In this document: in pieces, positions 29,375 to 38,154 of the stretch
How the letters are laid out: each line of letters starts with the position of its first letter
Numbering within the stretch: the stretch's first letter is position 1
Source of the DNA: a virus
Taxonomy: Duplodnaviria; Caudoviricetes
Direction: 5' to 3' (one strand)
DNA length: 64,000 nt
IMG/VR virus record: IMGVR_UViG_3300022602_000004
Location: 1,537 to 65,536 of that record
The notes under the pieces: model-generated
What the model saw: the letters and a program-made list of their open reading frames with translations, nothing else
Databases searched by the model: none
What the model was told of the DNA's origin: nothing
Made by a program: the position numbers and the translations under genes

Positions 29375-29733
29375 TATTTAACCCAAGTTTTAGTTGTTTC
29401 ATCCCATTTATAAGGACCGCCTGTAGTAGGCATTGAGGTTGGGGCTTCCCATTTGCAACTAGTTTCGTTTAGCATCCATGAAGCATATGGTTTTGGGTTA
29501 ATAAACGCATCTAATCTTGGATCGTATGTGCCGCCCGTCCAAGCATAATTTTTTCTAAAATTAGCGTTATATGAAGTTTGAACCCATTTAGTATTTTGGC
29601 CAAATAAAAACTTGCAAAAATCAATACCTTTTTGTTCTATTTCATTGCCGTGTTCATCCAATAATTCATTATTAGCAACTACTGCTATTCCTATAACAAC
29701 ATTATTATCATTTAGTTGAGCAAAGTGAGCCAT
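29374..29733 (-). CDS. Tail-fibre-associated (chaperone-like) protein
   Basis: MAHFAQL..., WVQTSYNANFRKNYA, WEAP..MP. Confidence 0.65.
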   Translation of the reverse strand: MAHFAQLNDNNVVIGIAVVANNELLDEHGNEIEQKGIDFCKFLFGQNTKWVQTSYNANFRKNYAWTGGTYDPRLDAFINPKPYASWMLNETSCKWEAPTSMPTTGGPYKWDETTKTWVK

Positions 29734-29735
29734 GA

Positions 29736-30608
29736 TTAAAAAGTAATAGTTCCTGAACCTGTAAATGTATAAATTTTAAATCCGCCCGTATTAGAAAATG
29801 AAGGAGAACCTGTTGTAGATGTTGCATTTGCATAAGTATTGGGATATCTAATTACTACTATACCAGAACCGCCATTACCTCCACCAGAATCTCCTGAGTT
29901 AGTTCCATTAGCAAGAGAACCTCCTCCGCCTCCCGAATTTACCCTTCCATCTCTTGATCCATTTTGAGGCCCACCACCACCATATCCAGTTTGAACGGAC
30001 CCTGCTTTACCGCCAAAATCTGCGTAATCTAATCCTGATCCAGCACCGCCGCCAGCGTATCCGGTTGATGTTCCACTAATAGAACTTAAATACCCGTTAC
30101 CACCATTACCGCCTTGAGCATATGATCCAGCTGTACCAGCTGAAGAATAGCCACCACCACCGCCGCCACCAGATTGACCACCAGCATCGCCGTATCCAGT
30201 TCCGCCTGAGCTACCTTGACCTGATGTTCCACCACCGGGAGTGGGGCTGCCACCACCACTAGAGTATCCAGCGCCTCCGCCACCCGAACCACCTGAAAGT
30301 GATGTTCCAGAATCTCGACCGCCACCAGCTCCGCCACCTACTGCAGCTGTTTGTCCTGTAATGCTTGAATTGCCTCCGCTTACCCCAGAGTCACCGCCAC
30401 CTGAAGTACCACCGTTAGCAGCACCAACGACAACTGTATATGTTGAACCTGCAGTAATAGAGTAAGAAGCGGTATATACAACACCTCCAGCACCGCCACC
30501 GCCGCCACCATTCTGACCTGCAGTACCGCCAGCAGCAATAACTAAAGTTTCTATGGTAGTTGTTTTTAAAATTCCTATACTTCCTAAAAACATTTGTTGT
30601 ATAGTCAT
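29736..30608 (-). CDS. Glycine-rich receptor-binding/fibre protein
   Basis: LVIAAGG...GGGGAGG...GGSGIVVIRY...IYTFTGSGTITF. Confidence 0.75.
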   Translation of the reverse strand: MTIQQMFLGSIGILKTTTIETLVIAAGGTAGQNGGGGGGAGGVVYTASYSITAGSTYTVVVGAANGGTSGGGDSGVSGGNSSITGQTAAVGGGAGGGRDSGTSLSGGSGGGGAGYSSGGGSPTPGGGTSGQGSSGGTGYGDAGGQSGGGGGGGYSSAGTAGSYAQGGNGGNGYLSSISGTSTGYAGGGAGSGLDYADFGGKAGSVQTGYGGGGPQNGSRDGRVNSGGGGGSLANGTNSGDSGGGNGGSGIVVIRYPNTYANATSTTGSPSFSNTGGFKIYTFTGSGTITF

Positions 30609-30609
30609 A

Positions 30610-32130
30610 TTAGGTTAATCCTGCTCCAGATATAACTGCATTAGTTGAAGTTATATATATAAGAGTAGCAATACCATATAAACCTAGAGTTCTATTGCCG
30701 GTTGTTGAAGATGCTTGCCCAGCCCACTGTAGTGTTAATCCACTTCCTTGAGTAATAGTTTGGCTTGAGCTTGAGTTGTTATAGATAGTAACAATATTAC
30801 CTGAAGACAATACAGAAGATGGTATGGTAACACCGCCAGTGGTAATTGAAATTGTTTTACCAGCATCTGAAGCAACTAATGTATAAGCTGATGTTTGAGA
30901 ATTAATTGTTGAGCCAGTAGCGCTAAATGTAACTGCTGTAGATCCATTGTATGAAGTTCCACTTAAACCTGTTCCTGTTGTTAAAGCATAGGCTACTGAA
31001 GCGGCTTGTCCAGAAGTATTTCCAGTGCCGCCATAAGACACAGCTAAAGCCGAACCCAACGCTAAAGAACTAGCGCTTGCTACACCCAACGTTGGAGTAA
31101 CTAAAGTAGGTGAAGTATTTAATACGTTAGAACCAGAACCTGTAGAAGTTGTTACGCCCGTACCACCAGCAAGAACGGGTAAAGTACCCGCAACTAAAGT
31201 AGATGGCGATGTAGAATAAATGGCATAGTTAGAGGAGCTAAATGTAGTTAATCCTGTACCACCAAATGCTGTAGTAATCGTAGATCCACTCCACGATGCA
31301 TTAGTAATTGTGGCACCGCCAAAAGCAGCGGTAGTAGTATTAAAGTCATACGAAGCTGGGATAAATGCGTACTGTCCCCAAGAACCAGCATTGGTTCCGT
31401 TAGCTTCTAAATAAATCCAGTCAAGCGATCCGGGCTGAATAGTATCTACTGCGCCACCAGCGTTATCTTGAATGATTAAATTACCAGTCGAATCGTTGTC
31501 AAAAATATATGTTGCGCCAGTAGGCAGGGTGGTTGCATCTGGCAGCTTAAATGTTTGGTTTCCTGATCCTGCAACTAACTTCTGATAAAAGCTAGAAGCC
31601 GCTGTCATTGTGGTCGTTAGACCTGCCGCTGTAACTGCTGTGTAACTATTAAAAGTATTATTTGCCGCTATATTTACGTTGGCATCTCTTAATACAACCG
31701 AGTTAGCACTATTGCTAGCTGAAGTAGTAACGCCTGTACCGCCAGAAGCTACGGCAATCGTAGTAGCGCTCCAAGTTCCTGATGTAATCGTACCTAATGG
31801 GCTTACGTTACCGCTAGCATTTAAATAAACTGCATCTTCAGCAGGGTATGTAACAAATATGTTAACAGAGCCACTAAACGTGCTAACCGCAGTATTGGAG
31901 CTTGAAGACGATAAAATCGTTGTGCGTGTTAATGTTGGCCCAGAAGTAGAGTAAGTGCCAAGACCTACTTCCCAGTTACCAGAAGCATCTACAGCGCCAT
32001 AATAGGTGGTGTTTCCGTTACCGACAACGGCAAAAGACTGATACCCTGTAACGCTTCCGCTTAATGTAAAACTTACGGTTGTGTTAGCAGTACCAGTCTG
32101 TTGGACTCGGTCATACAGCACTAGAGCCAT
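30610..32130 (-). CDS. Long tail fibre protein
   Basis: MALVLYDRV start; repeated (L/I)AVxxGGTG; YTLVASDAGK C-terminal domain. Confidence 0.75.
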   Translation of the reverse strand: MALVLYDRVQQTGTANTTVSFTLSGSVTGYQSFAVVGNGNTTYYGAVDASGNWEVGLGTYSTSGPTLTRTTILSSSSSNTAVSTFSGSVNIFVTYPAEDAVYLNASGNVSPLGTITSGTWSATTIAVASGGTGVTTSASNSANSVVLRDANVNIAANNTFNSYTAVTAAGLTTTMTAASSFYQKLVAGSGNQTFKLPDATTLPTGATYIFDNDSTGNLIIQDNAGGAVDTIQPGSLDWIYLEANGTNAGSWGQYAFIPASYDFNTTTAAFGGATITNASWSGSTITTAFGGTGLTTFSSSNYAIYSTSPSTLVAGTLPVLAGGTGVTTSTGSGSNVLNTSPTLVTPTLGVASASSLALGSALAVSYGGTGNTSGQAASVAYALTTGTGLSGTSYNGSTAVTFSATGSTINSQTSAYTLVASDAGKTISITTGGVTIPSSVLSSGNIVTIYNNSSSSQTITQGSGLTLQWAGQASSTTGNRTLGLYGIATLIYITSTNAVISGAGLT

Positions 32131-32140
32131 TTAGGACTCC

Positions 32141-32752
32141 TTAGCTAGTCGCAGTTGTAGAATATGTAACGCTTACAGTATCGCCAGCTGTTGTGGTCTT
32201 AGCTGTACCAAATGCGCCAGCGCTGTATAAAGTACCACCAGTATTACCAAAAGTAGATGTAGCGCCAGTACCGGTAACCAAGAAGCATCCACCAACTACA
32301 CCGCCTGAACCAGTAATTGTGTAAGTAATAGCAGTAGCAGATGCTGTTACAACATTAGAACCGGGGGTGGTATTGTTGTTACCAGTAGGCGTTGCAAATA
32401 CGGCAGTGCCACGAACAGCGGAAGAAGATACGGTGTAAGCAGTAAACTCAGTCCATCCAGCATGGGATGTCATGGTATCGGTTGGCGAGAATGTGTTTCC
32501 TGTACCAACTACTAGTCCAAGATAAGGACCAACTAAAGCAACTGGTGAAGACAATAAAGTTTGTGACAACATGAAAATTTTGCCAACCTGAACTACTTGG
32601 TTAGGGAAGTCTTCAGTCCATTTTAAGTTACCATTTGCATCACGGCACTCTACGTGATAGTGGCCTTCAATACCAAATGTCTCGTCTTTAATAGCGTTAG
32701 TCTGCAGAGTAATTTCTGCGTGGTCGCCAGATCCTGTAAATTCTTTATGCAT
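32141..32752 (-). CDS. Virion structural protein
   Basis: GHYHVECRD..G.LKW...NQVV; GDTVSVTY end; late module. Confidence 0.65.
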   Translation of the reverse strand: MHKEFTGSGDHAEITLQTNAIKDETFGIEGHYHVECRDANGNLKWTEDFPNQVVQVGKIFMLSQTLLSSPVALVGPYLGLVVGTGNTFSPTDTMTSHAGWTEFTAYTVSSSAVRGTAVFATPTGNNNTTPGSNVVTASATAITYTITGSGGVVGGCFLVTGTGATSTFGNTGGTLYSAGAFGTAKTTTAGDTVSVTYSTTATS

Positions 32753-32760
32753 AATTACTC

Positions 32761-33216
32761 CTAGTCTGAACTACTATAGTTAATACTACTTGAGGTAGTA
32801 CCAATGGTTAAAATTGCGGACGAATAACTCGCCGTTGGAAATTGCACGGTAAAGCTGGATGTACAAGTCTTGTCTGACCCAAAATTTAGTACAAAACACG
32901 CTGCTCCTGTAGTTGCATTGTATACTAACGCCCCCCTAGCGGTAAAGGAAGCTGGATTCCATACGGCATTATTAAATGATACGTAAGTGACGTTATATTG
33001 GGTATTTTGGGTAGGTGGGGTAGAGATAGTTAAAACCTGACCTCCAGCCGTATATCCTGTACCTACAACCTCATTGGTTGAGGTATAAGCCGTAGTCTGC
33101 TGTCCTAAATTAGCCAACGCATTATAGAGGGCAATCTTATAGGTTCCGGTAGTAAAGTTCTCATTACCGTTAAGCAAATTCTGCTGAAAAATTGTGCAAG
33201 AAGTTTGGGTAATCAT
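32761..33216 (-). CDS. Virion structural protein
   Basis: YKIALY, NEVVGTGYTAGG, TARGALVYN, FGSDKT. Confidence 0.65.
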   Translation of the reverse strand: MITQTSCTIFQQNLLNGNENFTTGTYKIALYNALANLGQQTTAYTSTNEVVGTGYTAGGQVLTISTPPTQNTQYNVTYVSFNNAVWNPASFTARGALVYNATTGAACFVLNFGSDKTCTSSFTVQFPTASYSSAILTIGTTSSSINYSSSD

Positions 33217-34172
33217 GAGACCACATTACCTTTAAGATTGATATTAAGTTTTGTTTGACCGTCACGATAACTATCACCACGATCAAGACCGTCACAGAAG
33301 CGTCTAAATTCCATCAAAGCTTCTTGGTATTTTTGCTCATAATTAGTTACTAAATCAGCTTCTTGCTTCATAAACAACATAGCTTCCCGCATAGCGCCGT
33401 AGAATAAAACGGGGTCAAAATTATCGCCTAGCCAGCTAGTTCCTGTAGCATTAGATACGCTAGATACAGTTAATTGAAAACCAGAACCAGTAGAACCTAA
33501 AGATGAGCAGGAAAGCACGTCCCCTACAACATAGAAATTACCACCAAAAGTAATATTACAACTAGTGACAATTCCACCACTAATGACGATATTAGCTGTA
33601 GCATTTGCTCCTGAGCCTCCTGTTAATGAAACATTTTGGTATACACCGTTGGTATATAGCGTACCTGCATTACTGATATTAGTACCATTAATCTGACCCT
33701 GCACAATAGTAGGTGGGTAGTAGTAATAGTGCATTTCTATTGGGTAAGCTTGGTCTGGTGCAGGGGCTACCATCAAAGTCATTTCATTTACATCAGAATA
33801 CTGCGAGCCAAATAAGGCGTAGTACTTAGGCGTACCACCCGGAGTTCCTTGATAGGTCGTACCGTTATTGGTCGCATAAGGATAGGCTTGGCGCATAAAG
33901 TTTACGTCTTTGTTAATCAGATAGTTATACATCCCCGTAGTTGGGTCTATAACTGCCACTGAATAATTTGCCAGCCAGTCCATTGGAAGCGCTACATATT
34001 GGTTTCCAGCAGTCATTGTACCGGTTACATTTTTACGCAGCGATGGTACGTTTACTGAGTTATATATACGAAGTTCAGCCTCTTCCACAAAAACGGGAAT
34101 ATTTGCTACGAACAGCTGTTCAGTGTTCTCAGCGTAAGCTTGAATCGAGTTATATAACGTAATGTAATTCAT
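33213..34172 (-). CDS. Head-tail adaptor / tail tubular A-like protein with inserted domain
   Basis: FVEEAELRIY, PKYYA, APAPD, WLGDNFDPVLFYG. Confidence 0.65.
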   Translation of the reverse strand: MNYITLYNSIQAYAENTEQLFVANIPVFVEEAELRIYNSVNVPSLRKNVTGTMTAGNQYVALPMDWLANYSVAVIDPTTGMYNYLINKDVNFMRQAYPYATNNGTTYQGTPGGTPKYYALFGSQYSDVNEMTLMVAPAPDQAYPIEMHYYYYPPTIVQGQINGTNISNAGTLYTNGVYQNVSLTGGSGANATANIVISGGIVTSCNITFGGNFYVVGDVLSCSSLGSTGSGFQLTVSSVSNATGTSWLGDNFDPVLFYGAMREAMLFMKQEADLVTNYEQKYQEALMEFRRFCDGLDRGDSYRDGQTKLNINLKGNVVS

Positions 34173-34474
34173 TATGCCATTGGGCCTCTAGCCATACGAC
34201 CTTTAGTTGCGGCGCCAGAACCACGAACTTCAATACCGTCTTCTTTTGGTCCACGATCAATATTGCCAATACTTACACGCATAGGTACTGTTTTAGGAGT
34301 AACTTCATTTGCGCTAAATGTATTTGGATCTTTTGCATCGTGACCGGTTGATTTGCGCATAGCCGCTACACCAGTACCGTTCTTTTCATACATCTCAGCA
34401 GGACCATTATTTTTAGCCTTGCCAGTACGCATAGGCGAACTGTTTTTGGTTGTAGGTTTAATTTGAGTTGCCAT
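34172..34474 (-). CDS. Small basic virion-associated protein
   Basis: GIEVRGSGAATKG motif; Lys-rich. Confidence 0.65.
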   Translation of the reverse strand: MATQIKPTTKNSSPMRTGKAKNNGPAEMYEKNGTGVAAMRKSTGHDAKDPNTFSANEVTPKTVPMRVSIGNIDRGPKEDGIEVRGSGAATKGRMARGPMA

Positions 34475-34475
34475 A

Positions 34476-34787
34476 TTAACGACCTCTTGAAGTAGACTTC
34501 TGGTTCATAGCACGAGCCATATTACGACCCATAGCTTTTTCTTGAGCGCTAGTTACACCACCTTTAGCCATTTTTTTAACGGCTTTACCGCCCTTTTTCA
34601 TACCGGGCATTTCTTTTTTCTCAGACGACTTAATCATTTTGCTGATTAATTTTTTGTCTTGAGCTTCATCATCGTGTTTCATTTTTGCTTTTTCCATAAC
34701 TTTACCGCCTTTTTTCATGTTATCTTCTACGTTTTTAGGTTCAAAAGGTTCATTAGTCTTAATCCCCTTTTGTCTTTGCATTGCCAT
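34476..34787 (-). CDS. Small basic protein with MKKGG/MAKGG motifs
   Basis: RBS AGGAG; three x-x-G-G motifs. Confidence 0.65.
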   Translation of the reverse strand: MAMQRQKGIKTNEPFEPKNVEDNMKKGGKVMEKAKMKHDDEAQDKKLISKMIKSSEKKEMPGMKKGGKAVKKMAKGGVTSAQEKAMGRNMARAMNQKSTSRGR

Positions 34788-34797
34788 GTTAATACTC

Positions 34798-35226
34798 CTA
34801 AGTTGTTAGTACAGTTACTGTACCTATTGTAATAGCTAAATTTAAATCGTTGGGGGTAAAAGCATCTGCAAAACCCCGTGCCCCGCCCACAGGATTCCAT
34901 GCCCACTGCGTTTGCCTACTACCGTCGCTAGGATAACCAGCATTATTTGTGTTGTTGCTAGCATTAGGGTTTATATATAACCCTGTACTTCCTGACGAAT
35001 AATAACTTACATCTGGTCTTGGGTCACGTACTGCTTGTGGATCATTAACCGGATACATACCCAACTGCAACTGTGGCTGATCTGGATCCCAACAAGTACT
35101 ACAAACCTTTACTTTATATGGTTTAGTTTTTAGGGTTTGAATATGTAACTGAGATAACTTATATCTTTGACCACAACGATCACATTCGGCAATCGCATAT
35201 TTACCGGCTGAGAACTTATTTGGCAT
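34798..35226 (-). CDS. CxxC-CxxC (Zn-binding) late protein
   Basis: ECDRCG...VCSTCWD, DPQAVRDPRPD. Confidence 0.7.
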   Translation of the reverse strand: MPNKFSAGKYAIAECDRCGQRYKLSQLHIQTLKTKPYKVKVCSTCWDPDQPQLQLGMYPVNDPQAVRDPRPDVSYYSSGSTGLYINPNASNNTNNAGYPSDGSRQTQWAWNPVGGARGFADAFTPNDLNLAITIGTVTVLTT

Positions 35227-35228
35227 GG

Positions 35229-36182
35229 TTATCTATAGTAGAACATATTACGTGGTACAAACCGTAAAGGTGCCTTTTCCCTATCCTCATCCTGAGCCAG
35301 TTGGAACTGCTGTTCATAATCCGCTTTTAATAATGGAATACGGTTCATATCAATCTGCGGTAACTTCATAGCTAAGTAATACGCCAAGCCAGCTGCCATG
35401 CATGGAATAAACCGGAATGGAATATCTTCAGTATTAACACCCGTGCCAGCATCCTGTACGCGACGCATGCGCCAGTAAACAAAGTTATATTGTGTACCGG
35501 GATTACCGGTAGGCCAGATGTTTATGTTTGGCAAATAATTATTATATATGAGAGCGCCCGCTGAATGGGACGTTGCAGTAGTTCCGTTTTGAGCGCGGTA
35601 GCAGTTTAATAATTGGTTAGCGTTGCTGGTATTTGCAGTGCCAATATTTTGGTAAAGGATGGTTTCACCATCAATATTAATATAACCCTGAGTGCGTAAA
35701 TTCTGAGTAGAGGTTACATAAATGGTAGTATCGGTAGCGCTAATAGGATAGCCGCTTGCAACGCTAGTAACTGGTGTCGAATCTACATTTCCGGACTGGC
35801 GGTCAACCCAAACTTGAATAGGACGCCCGTAAGCGTTTTTAGTTGGGATTGTTAAATAGGTATCCCCGGAGATCCGTGTGATATTAATATCGACCTGATT
35901 TTGGCCAACGCCTTGTCTGATGACGTGATCGTATAAATCAATGGTGTCTACGGGAATTGGGTAGCTAATCTGTCCGCCGTTAATGTTAATCGGAATCTGA
36001 CCTTGTTCAATAGTCCAAAGGTTTATACCCCGATTTGCCCACTCAATGGTAAGCATATTAACGCTGCGGGCAGCGGTTCTAAAATCATATCCAGAACGAG
36101 ATTGTGTGCCACAACGCTCAAAGGCTTCCTCAATGAGGTCGCCCATATCTAAATTAAATAGCGTTGTGCCGGAAGTAGCCAT
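35229..36182 (-). CDS. Head-tail connector/adaptor-like protein with inserted domain
   Basis: IEEAFERCG, WANRGINLW, PFRFIPCMAAGLAYYLA, QDEDRE. Confidence 0.65.
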   Translation of the reverse strand: MATSGTTLFNLDMGDLIEEAFERCGTQSRSGYDFRTAARSVNMLTIEWANRGINLWTIEQGQIPININGGQISYPIPVDTIDLYDHVIRQGVGQNQVDINITRISGDTYLTIPTKNAYGRPIQVWVDRQSGNVDSTPVTSVASGYPISATDTTIYVTSTQNLRTQGYINIDGETILYQNIGTANTSNANQLLNCYRAQNGTTATSHSAGALIYNNYLPNINIWPTGNPGTQYNFVYWRMRRVQDAGTGVNTEDIPFRFIPCMAAGLAYYLAMKLPQIDMNRIPLLKADYEQQFQLAQDEDREKAPLRFVPRNMFYYR

Positions 36183-36394
36183 TACTTAGCCTTTTTAGCA
36201 ACTTTAGTTGCCTTTTTAGCAACAGTTTTCTTAGCAGCTGGTTTTTTAGACGTACGAGTTGTAGCCTTTTTTACTTGTGGACGTTTCTTTTTTGGAGGTA
36301 CAGGAAAAGGCCATGCGGCTAATTCCGGATCAGTAAAAATAACTTCCTCTTTTGGTTTGCTAAACAAACCCAGTATCCAAGAAACTAATTTCAT
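36182..36394 (-). CDS. Histone H1-like Lys/Ala-rich small protein with AAWPFP motif
   Basis: KKPAAKKTVAKKATKVAKKAK tail; amphipathic N-terminus. Confidence 0.65.
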   Translation of the reverse strand: MKLVSWILGLFSKPKEEVIFTDPELAAWPFPVPPKKKRPQVKKATTRTSKKPAAKKTVAKKATKVAKKAK

Positions 36395-36567
36395 TTTTTC
36401 ATTCCTTTTAGGGTTTCCGCCAGCCTAGCCCGCTTACCCATCTTGCCGGGTTTCTTTGCAGCTGCAGCTAATTTTGCTGACGGAATCTTTTTGCCAGCTG
36501 GTACGCCTAGCTCTTTATGCAGCGCTCCGGGTTTTTTAATAGCTTTTTGAATCCATTTTTCTGCCAT
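36391..36567 (-). CDS. 58-aa basic protein MAEKWIQKAIKKPGALHKELGVPAGKKIP... (not in ORF track)
   Basis: Translated by hand; fills the gap exactly with coupled start and stop. Confidence 0.75.
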   Translation of the reverse strand: MAEKWIQKAIKKPGALHKELGVPAGKKIPSAKLAAAAKKPGKMGKRARLAETLKGMKK

Positions 36568-36827
36568 TATTTTTTCCTAGCGGCTCTCATGTTATCAACT
36601 AAATTAGGATAAGGTCTACCGGCTGCTTTAGCCATAGCTTTTGCACTAGACTTTTTAGCAGCTGACATTTTTTTAGGTTTACCAAGCCCTTTTGGACGGG
36701 GCTTATCCCAAACCTCACCACCTTTTTTATACATAGTTACATCATTTGGATTGTCTTTACGGACAATCGTTTTAGCCTTAGGCATCTTAGATGGGTTAAT
36801 ATCGCCCATCCCACGACTAGCTTTCAT
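36567..36827 (-). CDS. Small basic protein
   Basis: SRGMGDINPSK, YKKGG, GRPYPNLVDNM. Confidence 0.7.
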   Translation of the reverse strand: MKASRGMGDINPSKMPKAKTIVRKDNPNDVTMYKKGGEVWDKPRPKGLGKPKKMSAAKKSSAKAMAKAAGRPYPNLVDNMRAARKK

Positions 36828-37171
36828 TACTTAGCTTTCTTAGTCATGCCACCACCACACATGGCTTTTACATGGTCGTGATGCATTTTGTGAGGAGCTT
36901 CACCGTACATCTTAGAAACTTTCTCTTGCTCATGCATGTGATCATGGCCTTTGCCATAGTGATGCTTAACGTGTTCTACATTGTGCTTATGTTCCATAAC
37001 TTTCCCACCTTTCTTATAGGCATTGCCCATTACGTCCATACGACCTTCTTCCATGCCCTTACGAGCAGCGTCACCACGAGATCCAAAGACTTCGTAGTCC
37101 TGTTTAGCTTCAGCAGCTTTACCTTTTGCTGCGTTATCAGCGTAATACTTTTTTTGCTGTTCTGGGGTCAT
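36827..37171 (-). CDS. His-rich small protein
   Basis: YKKGG followed by His-rich segment; MCGGG near end. Confidence 0.65.
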   Translation of the reverse strand: MTPEQQKKYYADNAAKGKAAEAKQDYEVFGSRGDAARKGMEEGRMDVMGNAYKKGGKVMEHKHNVEHVKHHYGKGHDHMHEQEKVSKMYGEAPHKMHHDHVKAMCGGGMTKKAK

Positions 37172-37173
37172 GA

Positions 37174-37347
37174 TTATTTGCAGTTAACTAATGGACCATT
37201 ACCGATGGTGTTACCACTCATCTTTGGATACTTAGTTTTAGTCTTACCACGCTCAGCAATACCATCAATGCTTGGAGCACCGGTTTTAACTTTTTGCATA
37301 GACTCACTACCCATTGTCTCTTTTTGAGAGAATTTTTTAGTTGCCAT
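37174..37347 (-). CDS. 57-aa basic protein MATKKFSQKETMGSESMQKVKTGAPSIDGIAERGKTK... (not in ORF track)
   Basis: Translated by hand; coupled to upstream gene. Confidence 0.7.
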   Translation of the reverse strand: MATKKFSQKETMGSESMQKVKTGAPSIDGIAERGKTKTKYPKMSGNTIGNGPLVNCK

Positions 37348-37640
37348 CATTTTTTCTTCACTTTCCCGCCAGTTTTTTTGCCGACGTATTTATTTAAATT
37401 AACATCTGGTGCATTCTTTTGTTGCCCTAGAATACTACCAAACCTTGTCTCTTGACGGTTAATTTGGTTCTTGCCGCCTCGAGTAATACCAACACCACCA
37501 CCTAGACCAAATTTCTTACCTTTATCAGCTTTAGCAAACTCTTTACCAATAGACTGTTTAATCCCTACTTTTTTAGCAAACGATGGGCTATGCGCTACAG
37601 CCTCCATCAAATTATGCTGCTTTTTGCTTTTACTTGGCAT
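37347..37640 (-). CDS. Small basic protein
   Basis: MPSKSKKQHNLMEAVAHSPSFAKKVGI. Confidence 0.7.
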   Translation of the reverse strand: MPSKSKKQHNLMEAVAHSPSFAKKVGIKQSIGKEFAKADKGKKFGLGGGVGITRGGKNQINRQETRFGSILGQQKNAPDVNLNKYVGKKTGGKVKKK

Positions 37641-37891
37641 TATTTCCCCAAATATCCTCTAAGTCCAGACCAAGCTAAGCCTAGTAAACCAACTACTGCC
37701 ATCCATACTAAACCAGCTAAAGTTTTTTCAATAATCGCTTTGCGTAATTGAGCGCGCTCAGCCTCTGCTTTAATAGCCATTCTAACCCATTGAATTTCTT
37801 CGTCGGTTAGTGGGTGATGCTCTACTGCTTCAAGAACTGCTTCTTTTAACAGAGTTATTAACTCAGATTTAGTTTGGTCATCTAAAGTCAT
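37640..37891 (-). CDS. Small protein with C-terminal TM helix
   Basis: LAGLVWMAVVGLLGLAW. Confidence 0.65.
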   Translation of the reverse strand: MTLDDQTKSELITLLKEAVLEAVEHHPLTDEEIQWVRMAIKAEAERAQLRKAIIEKTLAGLVWMAVVGLLGLAWSGLRGYLGK

Positions 37892-37892
37892 A

Positions 37893-38153
37893 TTAACATT
37901 TCCAACGTTTTAAGCTAGCTGCCTTACGAGTAGGTTTACCGTTTTCATCTTTCATCGGACCGGGCATACCAGACATTCTTGCACAAAATGACTCCTTACG
38001 TGAACCACCTTCAGGTTGCGGAGCCTTTAAATGAGACCCCGTTTCCCGATTATATTTTGCACGACCTTTGGCGGTAAGACCAGCACCTTTTGATACTGGA
38101 AGCTTCTCACCTCTACCAACTGCAAGTGATGGGCCTTTTTTCTTAGTTGCCAT
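37893..38153 (-). CDS. Small basic conserved phage protein
   Basis: GLTAKGRAKYN...SFCARM...SLKRWKC. Confidence 0.7.
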   Translation of the reverse strand: MATKKKGPSLAVGRGEKLPVSKGAGLTAKGRAKYNRETGSHLKAPQPEGGSRKESFCARMSGMPGPMKDENGKPTRKAASLKRWKC

Positions 38154-38154
38154 A

